Origin: Hormiphora californensis
Lineage: Eukaryota > Animalia > Ctenophora
Assembly (NCBI GenBank): GCA_020137815.1
Contig: CM035362.1
Span: 1,922,001 to 1,986,000 of the forward strand
Direction of reading: 5' to 3'
DNA length: 64,000 nucleotides
Shown: positions 36,901 through 50,000 of the stretch, piece by piece
Position numbering within the stretch: the first letter of the stretch is position 1
How the letters are laid out: the number at the start of each line of letters is the position of its first letter
The notes under the pieces: generated by a model
Seen by the model: only the letters and a program-made list of their open reading frames with translations
Databases searched by the model: none
What the model was told of the DNA's origin: nothing
Position numbers and translations under genes: made by a program

Positions 36901-37978
36901 TAGGGGTTTGAACCGAAATAAAGTATTGATCACCACCTAGAGATAAAGATACTTTCTATAGTATTCTATGAGATTCATTGAAGCCCCCCCCCCCCCATTA
37001 GGGCACTCTTCGTGCACTCACCCATTCTGAAAAGTAACTTTGGGATTCCATTTACATGCAGGATGATGGGTGAGAGGTAAATAACAAAATGCCACATTTT
37101 AACTTTGATAATTTGTGTGATGTTACGGTTTCTTCTTGTGCTATTGTGCCTCTATCAAGGATCAGATGGAGAGGAATCCAGGTAAATACTTTACTTTGTG
37201 GAGCTACTACTGGCTTACAATCTCCGAGTCGTCTGCAGTCCTAAATAAACCCTTATTGATACTACTGGTTATGTAGTCGGACCTCAATTTACCGGGACCT
37301 AGATTGACCGGGACCTAGATTGACCGGGACCTAGATTTACCGGGACCTAGATTTACCGGGACCTAGATTGACCGGGACCTAGATTTACTGGGACCTAGAT
37401 TGACCGGGACCTAGATTGACCGGGACCTAGATTGACCGGGACCTAGATTTACTGGGACCTAGATTTACCGGGACCTAGATTTACCGAGACCTCAATTTAC
37501 CGGGAACTCATTTCATCGGGCGATATGAAACCTAAACATACCGTGATATTCCACAGTACCTGTAATATGGTGTGTGTTACGGTTTGTTTTGTCTCTCATG
37601 GTAAGATTGAGGAATCCGGAATACTATTTGATACATGGTTACAATCTCCGAGCGTCTGCAGTCTAAAAAACCTTATGAACTACTGGTTATCGTATCGGAC
37701 TAGATTGACCGCGACCTAGATACGGACCAGCATTACCGGACCTAGATTCCGGCGCCGACGCTCCGGACGCGGACCTCACGCGCATGTCCGGCGCCGATCC
37801 CCGAACACCTAACATCCGCACTCCCAACATACTGCTGGAATCATGGTTCCTGGGCCAGGTATGCGTTTTTCGTCTCAGCAGAGATGTAAACCTAAAGAAA
37901 CAAACGCCTGCGTCGTCCGTCGATGCATGAGCTCTCTCTCCGCGATCGCAGCATCTCTCCAACCTCTCTCTCCTCTCT

Positions 37979-38061
<83 letters not shown>

Positions 38062-41000
38062 ACAGCTTCACAGGTCCGAATATAGTTGTGGAATTAATCC
38101 CGGATGAAGAACTCACCGTAGATAAACATCCGCCACCAGGATTTAGTATTAATATAGTAATCGACAACAACATCGACAATCTGGAGCAGTAAGTTACCCT
38201 TGTGATTAAAAAACGACTAACGTTTTCTTCTTTCTTTCTCTCCATCTCTTTCTTTTTCCTTCTCTCCCTCGCTTGCTCATTCCTTTCTCTCCCTCTCCCC
38301 TCTCTCATCGTCTCTCTTTCTCAATACATTATCTTTCTCTATCCCCTCTCTCCTCTTCTCCCTTTCTCAATATTATCTTTCTCTATTCCCCATATCTCAG
38401 GACCGTCCATGAAGAATTCTGCCAAAATTACGCTGATGCAAATGCAACCATTTCAAATCGTAGATCTGACTTTACAGCTACCTATTTCACTGGTGAAATT
38501 ACTGCCCAAAAGTGTACTAATGTACTAGAAACACTGGAAAACTGTGTGAATAACGGGTACTCGCCTAAATATCTGACCCAAGCTAAAGATTTGAGGGCCC
38601 TGGGGGTTTGTTCTTATTTGAAAGGGGATAAGATGGAGAAACGACTTGCGGAAATTAAAAGTGTAAGAAATTATGTAGTTTGGTAGGAATTAGGGATTTG
38701 AGTACAAAATATTTTCGACTTTTGATTAGACACCAAAGAGCATTCTAACATAATAATTAATAAGGTTTCTGCGCCCTACGTCACGTTAGTTTCAGCGTTA
38801 GTTGACGAAGTTCGAACTTCACCACACATGCAAATGCACTGCAGCTGTCCTACTAAAATAATAATTTTCAGGAAATTAGAGCTGAGTTGAAGGAATCAGC
38901 AGAGTTCAGAAAAGTATTGGATCGCAACTTGAACAAAAATCGATTAGTCAACTACCTAAAGGATGTCATTCTGAACGTGAGAGACAATGACAGAAGATTG
39001 AGAAACCCTCCACCCCAAACATGATATGATGTTCAGACATATTTAAACTGCACACGACTGATATCCAATTCCAATATGTAGAGTAGAAACAAGTTATCAG
39101 TTGGATAGTAAACAAAAATAGGCATCCATATATTCCATAAGTTATAAGGATCCTGTTTAAATCCTGTTTTAGCACAAATCACCATGTACCCAGGATGAAA
39201 TAGAGGCGATATACGCTGAGGAAAAGAAGAAACTGGATGACGTGAACAAGTGGCTCCACAGAAAGGAACGAGAGTTTTTCGTTGCACTAAATTCTAAACT
39301 TCGTGAAAATGGTATACAGTTATTTTGTAAAAGTGTTCTAACTCTCATTTACATTTGTGCGGGACGTGGTGAAACAGGGGGTCGAGTAAGGCAAAGTATC
39401 AACTCCAATGTGGTTATTGCCCACACCATTACAGCTTATATTTGGTACGTGTTTGTTCCCCGAAATCAGGAAATACTGGTCCCTGATTGGCTGATAACCA
39501 GTCACGTTACCTAAATAACGAGTTCTGATTGGTTGTTTACTTGTTTCGGTCGGTTCCTGGTGGTAATGCCATGTAAATTACCACCGACCGAAACAGAACT
39601 TGTTATCAGGGTCACGTGACTGGTTATGAGCCAATCAGGAACCAGTTCAATCAGAACTCGTTATTTAGGTCACGTGACTGGTTATGAGCCAATCAGGGAC
39701 CAGTATTTCCCTGATTACCACATGTTTCAGAAGATATTGACAGTACGGAGAGCGTGACTCAACCCCCCACGACATACCAACCAATACCCACAACTTATGA
39801 TCCAATCAGCTGATGTGGTAGTATCAGTGTCTGCAAGGTATTTAACAGGAACCGACCGAATCAGGAAATACTGGTCCCTGATTGGCTGATAACCAGTCAC
39901 GTGATCTAAATAACGAGTTCTGATTGGTTGTTTACTTGTTTCGGTCGGTTCCTGGTATTTAATTTGCTGGGAAGCTGTCAGGCACCTGCAATGCTTTGAT
40001 CGCTGTGCACGGGCTGAGAAAAGGGTCAGACACCAATGGTCGTACCCGGTACCGCTGTTATTTTGTACTGAAATAGGGTCACGGCAATTCTCTGGTCCAT
40101 CAAGCACCCAAACGTCGAAGTTCTTAAGTTTAGTGGCTAGTATAAGTTTTGCCACAATAAAATGCTAAAATAAATCATTAACTTTTTTTACCATTTCCAA
40201 CAATTTCAGCCCACATTACTGGTACTCGCTAGCCTGGGATGTAAGGTCATTCAGCAACAAAATGGTGTGGCGGAACCCACAGGAGTATGGCAGGCGAAAC
40301 GATTATAGAATAACGAAAAATATGGACAGGTAAACCATTTCTGGATTCATTCATACCAAGATGACCAGAAACCAATCCGAACTAAACTAAACTAAACTAA
40401 ACTAAACTAAACTAAACCAAACCAAACTAAACTAAACTAAACTAAACTAAACTAAACTAAACTAAACTAAACTAAACTAAACTAAACTAAACTAAACTAA
40501 ACTAAACTAAACTAAACTAAACTAAACTAAACTAAACTAAACTAAACTAAACTAAACTAAACTAAACTAAACTAAACTAAACTAAACTAAACTAAACTAA
40601 ACTAAACTAAACTAAACTAAACTAAACTAAACTAAACTAAACCAAACCAAACCAAACCAAACCAAACCAAACCAAACCAAACCAAACCAATCCAATCTAA
40701 ACCGAACAAAACCAAACCAAACCAAACCAAACCAAACCAAACCAAACCAAACCAAACCAAACCAAACCAAACCAAACCAAACCAAACCAAACCAAACCAA
40801 ACCAGGAACATCACCCTTCATGTCGTATACATGCTGTGCGACGAGCGAGAATTTATCCACGAGCACTACCCTGTTAGCGTCAACTGGACTACCGAGGGTT
40901 GGGCCTATTTCAACTACACTACCGTATTCTTAGAAGACACAAGATTCAACCACTCTCTAGCTCCACAGAACAGGACCATGTTCAAGGTAATAGGGAGTTC

Positions 41001-44000
41001 AAGGGAGTTCAAGGTAATAGGGAGTTCAAAGGAGTTCAAGGTAATAGGGAGTTCAAAGGAGTAATTTTGAAACTGAGTTTGGCTGATCATTGATCAGACA
41101 ATGCCATATATATCCGACCCTTTAAATTCCCTCTCCACCTTCACAGGATAGTGATCCGTTCTACTTTCTTGAAAACATAAAATCCAATTTTACGGCGGAA
41201 AACTGCACCAATGATATTCCAGGAAAGGGGATTTACCGGTGAGTGTGGAATTACCAATAAAACGGTCCTTTTTTTCTTGAAATCACATCCAGTAGTTTAA
41301 TTGTTTCTGAAAATTTTAGAACTCTTTCCTAGGTGGGACAATGTGACGGGTGTTTGTGAGGGATTTCCGATATTCGAGGAGTCAACAGCAGCCATAGGAC
41401 AACTATGTGTAGACAAAGGAGTGTGGAATGCGGAACTTGCGCTCCGGGAGTATATGTTTGGTTTTATTTTCCTGTAAGTACGGTGTAATTTCTTTTGTTG
41501 GTTTACGGGCAAAGTCCCGGACCTAAATATTATTCCTTACCGATTCTTTAATTTTAAATCTTTACGTTCTTTGATTCATTGCCATGATGATCTTTCATAT
41601 TTATTCCCTCAGGCACGAAAAAACTTACAATAACCGAATTATGAGCCGGGAGGCCGGGAACTTTTTCGTGAATAACGATCATGACATAGCGGCCAGAATT
41701 AATAGGTAACTTTGTTAAATTAACTAATTAACAGCCGGACACCGATTTACTGACTCCCGATTTTCTGTAGAAGATGTTAAATAGTTTCAATAAATCATCC
41801 TCAATACTGGAGCCCCTAAATTGTTTACGCACTTTGATCAAAGTTTGAAACAAATTCTAAAACCAGGGAGACCGACCTTTACCTCGCGTTCACGAAATGT
41901 GGCGAGGAAAAGTTTATAAAGGAGCGTTACCATGTGAACTTAAATTGGACAACCGATTATTGGCTATATTTCAACTATACCGCCGTGGTTGTTAAAGAAG
42001 ATTTGGTACTCTACCACTCCCTGACTCCACAAAATGAGACAATGTTCAAAGTAAGAGAGTAGTAGAAGATACTAAGTATACAACTACAAGTTTACAAATA
42101 GAGACTTATCACATCAAAAAGAGATCTTCCCTTTATGGGTTCACCAGGTCACAAAACTACTAATTGTGCAATGTGCATGACAAAAAAAAACATGTATTCT
42201 TGTGTTATTCCACATCCCTCACAACAGGAGACTGATCCGTTCTATTTTATGGGCGTTCTGGGATCCAATTTTACGGCGGAAAACTGCACCAATGATGTTC
42301 CAGGAAATGGGATTTACCGGTGAGTTTGGCATAATAAAACGGTCTAAAAATTCTAGAGTTCTTTCCCCTTACCCCTAAATTTGGATGAAAACAATTTTTA
42401 AACTATTGATTCCTACATATTTTGATTTCCCCTAACCCTCTCTCCCCCTAACCAATAGCTGGGACAATGTGACGGGTGTTTGTGAGGGATTTCCACTATT
42501 TGAGAACTCAACAGCTGCCATAGGACAAGGACAACTATGTGTAGACAGGGGAGTGTGGAATGTCAACTACGCTTTGCAGGAATATATCTTTAGATTCATC
42601 GACCGGTATGTGTTTTATTTGTTTTTTGGTTTGTTTGTTTGTTTGCTTGCTTGCTTGCTTGTTTGTTTGTTTGTTTGTTTGTTTGTTTGTTTGTTTGTTT
42701 GTTTGTTTGTTTGTTTGTTTGTTTGTTTGTTTGTTTGTTTGTTTGTTTGTTTGTTTGTTTGTTTGTTTGTTTGTTTGTTTGTTTGTTTGTTTGTTTGTTT
42801 GTTTGTTTGTTTCTTTGTTTGTTTCTTTGTTTGTTTGTTTGTTTGTTTGTTTGTTTGTTTGTTTGTTTGTTTGTTTGTTTGTTTGTTTCTTTGTTTGTTT
42901 CTTTGTTTGTTTGTTTGTTTGTTTGTTTGTTTGTTTGTTTGTTTGTTTGTTTGTTTGTTTGTTTGTTGTTTGTTTGTTTGTTTGTTTGTTTGTTTGTTTG
43001 TCTGTTTGTTTATCTGTTTCTTTGTTTGTTTATCTGTTTGTTTGTTTGTTTGTTTGTTTGTTTGTTTGTTTGTTTGTTTGTTTGTTTGTGCTCTAATGAC
43101 ATCCTAACAGGATATATGGGGAAGAAGAGGAAGATGGTAATTATATATCACCTTCGTTATTTGAGGACGAGCAAGAACAGACATTTCGAGGTAACGGATT
43201 CAACAATCTTAAAAGACAGACAGAGTGGTACGCAACTTCATCTTATCCTTGGTACACAACTAGTAGCTATAATAACCAATTCAACCGAGGCTGGGGAAAG
43301 TAGCCGCCTGTCATCCCTCCATCTCAGCCCCTTGATGGAATGAGACAGTCTCAACAAAGAACAAGTAGCAAATATTAGAACTATCAGTAGTTATACAGTC
43401 GGACCCCGATATATCCGGTATTCTAGGGAGAAGGAGATTGCCTGGTAAATCGGGGTGCCCGGTATATCGGGGTCCGACGGTAGTTTGCAGAACTGTTGAC
43501 ATCATCCACAAATTTGTTGAAGAAGCACTTTAAATATTTTAATACTATAGTAAGTTCAATCAAGTTCAAACGTGTTTTTTGCATTCTGGTTGCACACTTT
43601 CAAACTCACCATTTCAGTTTGTCTGTCCTTGTCTCGTTCCGTTCTTTCCAATTTTAACCGTTCTATCTCACCCTTGTCCGCCAACCTCTCTTCCTCGTGG
43701 AATTTAACCTGGGGATTTCATGAGGAATTGAGCCTTCCGACTACCCTAGTGTTCAAAATGTTTATTGCAGTGTTTATACATCCCAAAAAGTACAAAAAAA
43801 TGAGAATTTCATACCTTCGCAATTAGTTCCCTATTCTGAAGTTCATAACGGCATTTTTCGTCGAAAATCTTTTTGTTCTTATTCTCAAGGTCTTTAGTCC
43901 TGTTCTCCAACTGCTTAGTTGACAGTTCTGCTTCATCCTGAAACAGGATATACGATAAGTGAGATAAAGGTATAATCTAGTGAAACAAAAATTAGTTGTC

Positions 44001-47000
44001 AAATCTTGTGAAACATCAAACATTAGAGGGTTCTGTACAGAGCTTTATTACAGGGATGATCTATTTGGTTTTAACTACCGTGTGCGGCAAAAAAAAGCCC
44101 CCCCCTAGACCACCATAGTTGCCGATGTGGTGGAGAGCTGTAACTTGGCAGGGTTGCTCCACTATGTCTATCTTGATCCTGACAGAAAAATCAGAGCTCT
44201 AGCTCAAAATTCATTTTTTTGATAGGAATGAACATTGTCATTCATTCCAAGAAAAAATATTTTCGGTCCAGAATTCAAGCAATTATCTTTGGCCATCGAT
44301 TAGCTTTCCAATGTGACCAAGATCATCTAAATTAGGCAACCACAAGAGACACAGTGTCATGTTTCTTAAAGTTAGTCAGGTCATGTGATCTTCACCGAAT
44401 CGTTGATTATCCGGGATTGCTAATCGAGCCAATGGGCAGAGGAATCTCGTATCACGGCCGCTAATGAGGTATGTGTACCAATACAGGGTAATGTGATTCG
44501 AGGAAAGAGGACATTTATCAAAGAGCTACAGATCTCATGACAAGCTGTATCATAGAGCTCATCTACCACTTAGCCGATTGTAATAACCTACAAACACGTC
44601 GGTCGGTTCCTGTGGTAATGCCATGTAAATACCACCACCGAAACAGAACTTGTTATCAGGGTCACGTGACTGGTTATGAGCCAATCAGAACCAGTTCAAT
44701 CAGAACTCGTTATTTAGGTCACGTGACTGGTTATGAGCCAATCAGGGACAGTATTTCCTGATTACCACATGTTCAGAAGATATTGACACGTACGGAGAGC
44801 GTGACCAACCCCCCACATACAACCAACCATACCCCAACACTTATGATCCAATCTGATGTGTGTAGTATCAGTGTCTGCAAGTAGGTAACAGGAACCGACC
44901 GAATCAGGAAATACTGGTCCTGATTGGTGATAACCAGTCACGTGATCTAAAAAACGAGTTCTGATGGTGTTGTTAACTTGTTTCGGTCGGTTCCTGGTAT
45001 TTAATTGCTGGAAGAGCTGTCAGGCACCTGCAGCTTGATCGCTGTGCACGGGCTGGAAAAGGGTCAACAACACAATGGTCGTACCCGGTACCGCGTTTTT
45101 TGTACTGAAATAGGGTCACGGCAATTCTCTGGTCCATCAAGCACCCAAACGTCGAAGTTCTTAAGTTTAGTGGCATAAGATTTTGCCCAATAAAATGCTA
45201 AAATAAATCATTAACTTTTTACCCATTTCCAACAATTTCAGCCACATTACTGTACTCGCTAGCCTGGATTTAGGTCATTCAGCAACAAATGGTGTGGCGG
45301 AACCCACAGGAGTATGGCAGGCAAACATTATAGAATAACGAAAAATATGGACAGTAAACCATTTCTGGATTCATTCATACCAAGAGCACAGAAACCAATC
45401 CGAACTAAACTAAACTAACTAAACTAAACTAAACTAAACCAACCAAACCTAAACTAAAACTAACTAAACTAAACTAAACAAACTAAACAAACTACTAAAC
45501 TAAACTAAACTAACTAAACTAAACTAAACTAACAAACTAAACTAAACTAAAACTAAACTACTAACTAAACTAAACTAAACTAAACTAAACTAACAAACTA
45601 ACTAAACTAAACTAAACTAAACTAAACTAACTAAACTAAACTACTAAACTAAACAATACTAACTAAACACAACTAACAAAACCAACCAAACAAACAAACC
45701 ACCAAACAACCACACCAAACCAATCCAATCTAAACGAACAAAACCAAACCAACCAACAAACCAAACCAAACCAACCAAACCAAACCAAACCAAACCAAAC
45801 CAAACCAAACCAAACCAACCAACCAACAGGAACATCACCCTCATGTCGTATACATGCTGTGCGACGAGCGAGAATTATCCACGAGCACTACCCTGTTAGC
45901 GTCAACTGACTACGAGTTGGGGGGCCTATTTCAACTACACTACGTTTTCTTAGAAGACCAAGATTCAACCACTCTCTAGCTCCACAGAACAGACCATGTT
46001 CAAGGTATAGGGATTCAAGGGATCAAGTATAGGGAGTTCAAAGATTCAAGGTAATGGAGTTCAAAGGAGTAATTTTGAAACTGAGTTTGGCTGATCATTG
46101 ATCAGACAATGCCATATATATCCGACCCTTTAAATTCCCTCTCCACCTTCACAGGATAGTGATCCGTTCTACTTTCTTGAAAACATAAAATCCAATTTTA
46201 CGGGCGGAAAACTGCACCAATGATATTCCAGGAAAGGGGATTTACCGGTGTAGTGTGGAATTACCAATAAAACGGTCCTTTTTTTCTTGAAATCACATCC
46301 AGTAGTTTTAATTGTTTCTGAAAATTTTAGAACTATTCCTAGGTGGGACAATGTGACGGGTGTTTGTGAGGGATTTCCGATATTCGAGGAGTCACACAGC
46401 ATAGTAGACACTATGTGTAGACAAAGGAGTGTGTGAATGCGGAACTTGCGTCCGGGAGTATATGTTTGGTTTTATTTTCCTGTAAGTACGGTGTAATTTC
46501 TTGTTGGTTTACGGGCAAAGTCCGGACCTAAATATTATTCCTTACCGATTCTTTAATTTTAAATCTTTACGTTCTTTGATTCATTGCCATGATGATCTTT
46601 CATATTATTCCCTCAGGCACGAAAAAACTTACAATAACCGAATTATGAGCCGGGAGGCCGGGAACTTTTTCGTGAATCCGATCATGACATAGCGGCCAGA
46701 ATTAATAGGTAACTTTTTAAATTAACTAATTAACAGCCGGACACCGATTTACTGACTCCCGATTTTCTGTAGAAGATGTTAAATAGTTTCAATAAATCAT
46801 CCTCAATACTGGAGCCCCTAAATTGTTTACGCACTTTGATCAAGTTTGAAACAAATTCTAAAACCAGGGAGACCGACCTTTACCTCGCGTTCACGAAATG
46901 TTGGCGAGGAAAAGTTTATAAAGGAGCGTTACCATGTGAACTTAATTGGACACGATTATTGGCTATATTTCAACTATACCGCCGTGGTTGTTAAAGAAGA

Positions 47001-50000
47001 TTTGGTACTCTACTCCACTCCTAGACTCCACAAAAGATACAATGTTCAAAGTAAGAGAGTAGTAAAGGTACTAAGTATATAATTACAAGTTTACAAGTAG
47101 AGACCTATCACATCAAAAAGAGATCTTCCCTTTATGGGTTCACCAGGTCACAAAACTACTAATTGTGCAATGTGCAATGACAAAAAAAACATGTTTTCTT
47201 GTGTTATTCCACAGGAGACTGATCCGTTCTATTTTATGGGCGTTCTGGGATCCAATTTTACGGCGGAAAACTGCACCAATGATGTTCCAGGAAGTGGGAT
47301 TTACCGGTGAGTTTGGAATAATAAAACGGTCTAAAAATTCTAGAATTCTTTCCCCTTACCCCTAAATTTGGATGAAAACAATTTTGAAACTATTGATATG
47401 ATTCCTATTTTGATTTCCCCTAACCCTCTCTCCCCCTAACCAATAGCTGGGACAATGTGACGGGTGTTTGTGAGGGATTTCCACTATTTGAGAATTCAAC
47501 AGCTGCCATAGGACAAATATGTGTAGACAGGGGAGTGTGGAATGTCAACTATGCTTTGCAGGAATATATCTTTAGATTCATCGACCGGTATGTGTTTTAT
47601 TTGTTTTTGGTTTGTTTGTTTGTTTTTTGTTTGCTTGTTTGTTTGTTTGTTTGTTTTTTTTTGCTGTTTTTGTTTGTTTTGTTTGTTTTCTTTGTTTGTT
47701 TGTTTTTTGTTTGTTTGTCTTTTTTTGTTTGTTTGTTTGTTGTTTTGTTTTGTTTGTTGTTTGTTTGTTTGTTTGTTTGTTTGTTTGTTTGTTGGTTTGT
47801 TTGTTTGTTTGTTTTGTTTGTTTGTTTGTTTGTTTGTTGTGTTTGTTTGTTTGTTTCTGTTTTTTGTTTGTTTGTTGTTTGTTTGTTGTTTGTTTGTTTT
47901 GTTTGTTGTTTGTTGTTTGTTTGTTTGTTTTGTTGTTTTTGTTTTTCTTTGTTTTTTGTTTGTTTGTTTGTTTGTTTGTTGTTTGTTTGTTTTTTTGTTT
48001 ATGTTTTTGTTTTTTGTTTGTTTGTTTTTTTTTTTGTTTTTTTGTTTTATCTGTTTCTTTGTTTGTTGTTTGTTTGTTTGTTCTGTTTGTTTGTTTGTCT
48101 GTTTTTTTTGTTTGTCTGTTTTTTTGTTTGTTTGTTTGTTTTTGTCTGTTTGTTTATCGTTTCTTTGTTTGTTTGTCTGTTTCTTTGTTTGTTTGTTTGT
48201 TTTCTGTTTCTTTGTTTGTTTTGTTGTTTTCTTTTTTGTTTTGTTTGTTTGTTTGTTTGTTTGTTTGTTTTTTGTGCTCTAATGACATCCTAACAGGATA
48301 TATGGGGGAAGAGGAAGTGGTAATATTATATCTCACCTTCGTTATTTGAGGACGAGCAAGAACAGACATTTCGAGGTAACGGATTCAACAATCTTAAAAG
48401 ACAGCAGAGTGGTACGCAACTTCATCTTATCCTTGGTACACAACTAGTAGCTATAAAACCAATTCAACGAAAGGCTGAGAGGAAGTAGCCGCCTGTCATC
48501 CCTCCATCTCAGCCCCTTGATGGAATGAACAGTCTCAACAAAAGAACAAGTAGCAAATATTAGAACTATCGTAGTTATACAGTCGGACCCCGATATATCC
48601 GTATTCTAGGGAGAAGGAGATTTGCCTGGTAAATCGGGTGCCCGGTATATCGGGGTCCGACGGTAGTTTTGCAGACCTGTTGACATCATCCACAAATTTG
48701 TTGAAGAAGCACTTTAAATATTTTAATACTATAGTAAGTTCAATTAAGTTCAAACGTGTTTTTTTGTATTCTGGTTGCACACTTTCAAACTCACCATTTC
48801 AGTTTGTCTGTCCTTGTCTCGTTCGGTTCTTTCCAATTTTAACCGTTCTATTTCACCCTTGTCCGCCAATCTCTCTTCCTCGTGGAATTTAACCTGGGGA
48901 TTTCATTTGGTTACGAAGTCACCCCTATTATTATATTATCCGTGAGTTAGCGCAGAGGGGGAATTTCATTACCAAGGATTTCATGAGGAATTGAGCCTTC
49001 CGACTACCCTAGTGTTCAAAATGTTTATTGTTTACTGTTTATACATCCCAAAAAGTACAAAAAATTAGAATTACATACCTTCGCAATTAGTTCCCTATTC
49101 TGAAGTTCATATCGGCATTTTTCGTCGAAAATCTTCTTATTCTTATTCTCAAGGTCTTTAGTCCTGTTCTCCAGCTGCTTAGTAGACAGTTCTGCTTCAT
49201 CCTGAAACAGGATATAATGTGAAGACACAAGAAGGAGATAAAGGATATAAAGAAACAGGACATATATGTATACTAGCGCACCCATTGGGTGCGCCTCAAG
49301 TATAAAGGGCCTTTTGATAACCCACCCAGCTTCGCCGGGTGGTTCTTTTCGCCCCTTTCAACGTCAATAACACGATTGCCATGGCAACTGAATTGGTAAC
49401 TATGGGGACTGGCATGTTAAAAGTCATTCGAAAATAGTAACAAACTTCCACTGGAAGTTCCAAAAGTGTGAATAACAACTTTACAGCTTTGGGCCTTTAA
49501 AGTGTTTTATGAAGGAGCAGCCTGTCGCTTAGATACCGCCTAACGAACGGCCACCACTTCGACGTCGTTCATCTCCAAATTATAATAGAGATGATAAGTG
49601 AGATAAAGGTATAATCTAGTGAAACATTAGAGGGTTCTGTACAGAGCTTTATTGCAAGGATGATCCATTTGGTTTTATACATACACAAACAAAAAGTTTT
49701 ACCTACATGGCTCTCCTAACGACAAACAATGATCAGGAACCGACCGAATCAGGAAATACTGGTCCCTGATTGGCTGATAACCAGTCACATGACATAAATA
49801 ACGAGTTCTGATTGGTTGTTTACTTGTGTCGGTCGGTTCCTGCAAATGGTCGATATCTTACCTTCAGCTTCTGTTGATAGCTTGAAGCAGCATCTCTCTC
49901 TTTCTGAAGTTGTTCCTTCATAAGTTCACTCTGCACTCGTAACTCCTGCTCTTTCGATCTCTGGTCACCTGAAATCGTACGATGAGCAACCAATACAATA

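Noticed and set aside
37283-37505. CRISPR-like regular repeats (also 28903-28980 and 11187-11322)
   Set aside because: There are no unique spacers or cas genes; these are eukaryotic minisatellites.
37560-37745. Paralogous first exon of the nested gene
   Set aside because: It is a deletion-riddled echo of 37110-37300, probably a read or assembly artefact.
42469-48349. Long CLFV-repeat 'membrane protein' ORFs
   Set aside because: They are translations of intronic (GTTT)n microsatellite.
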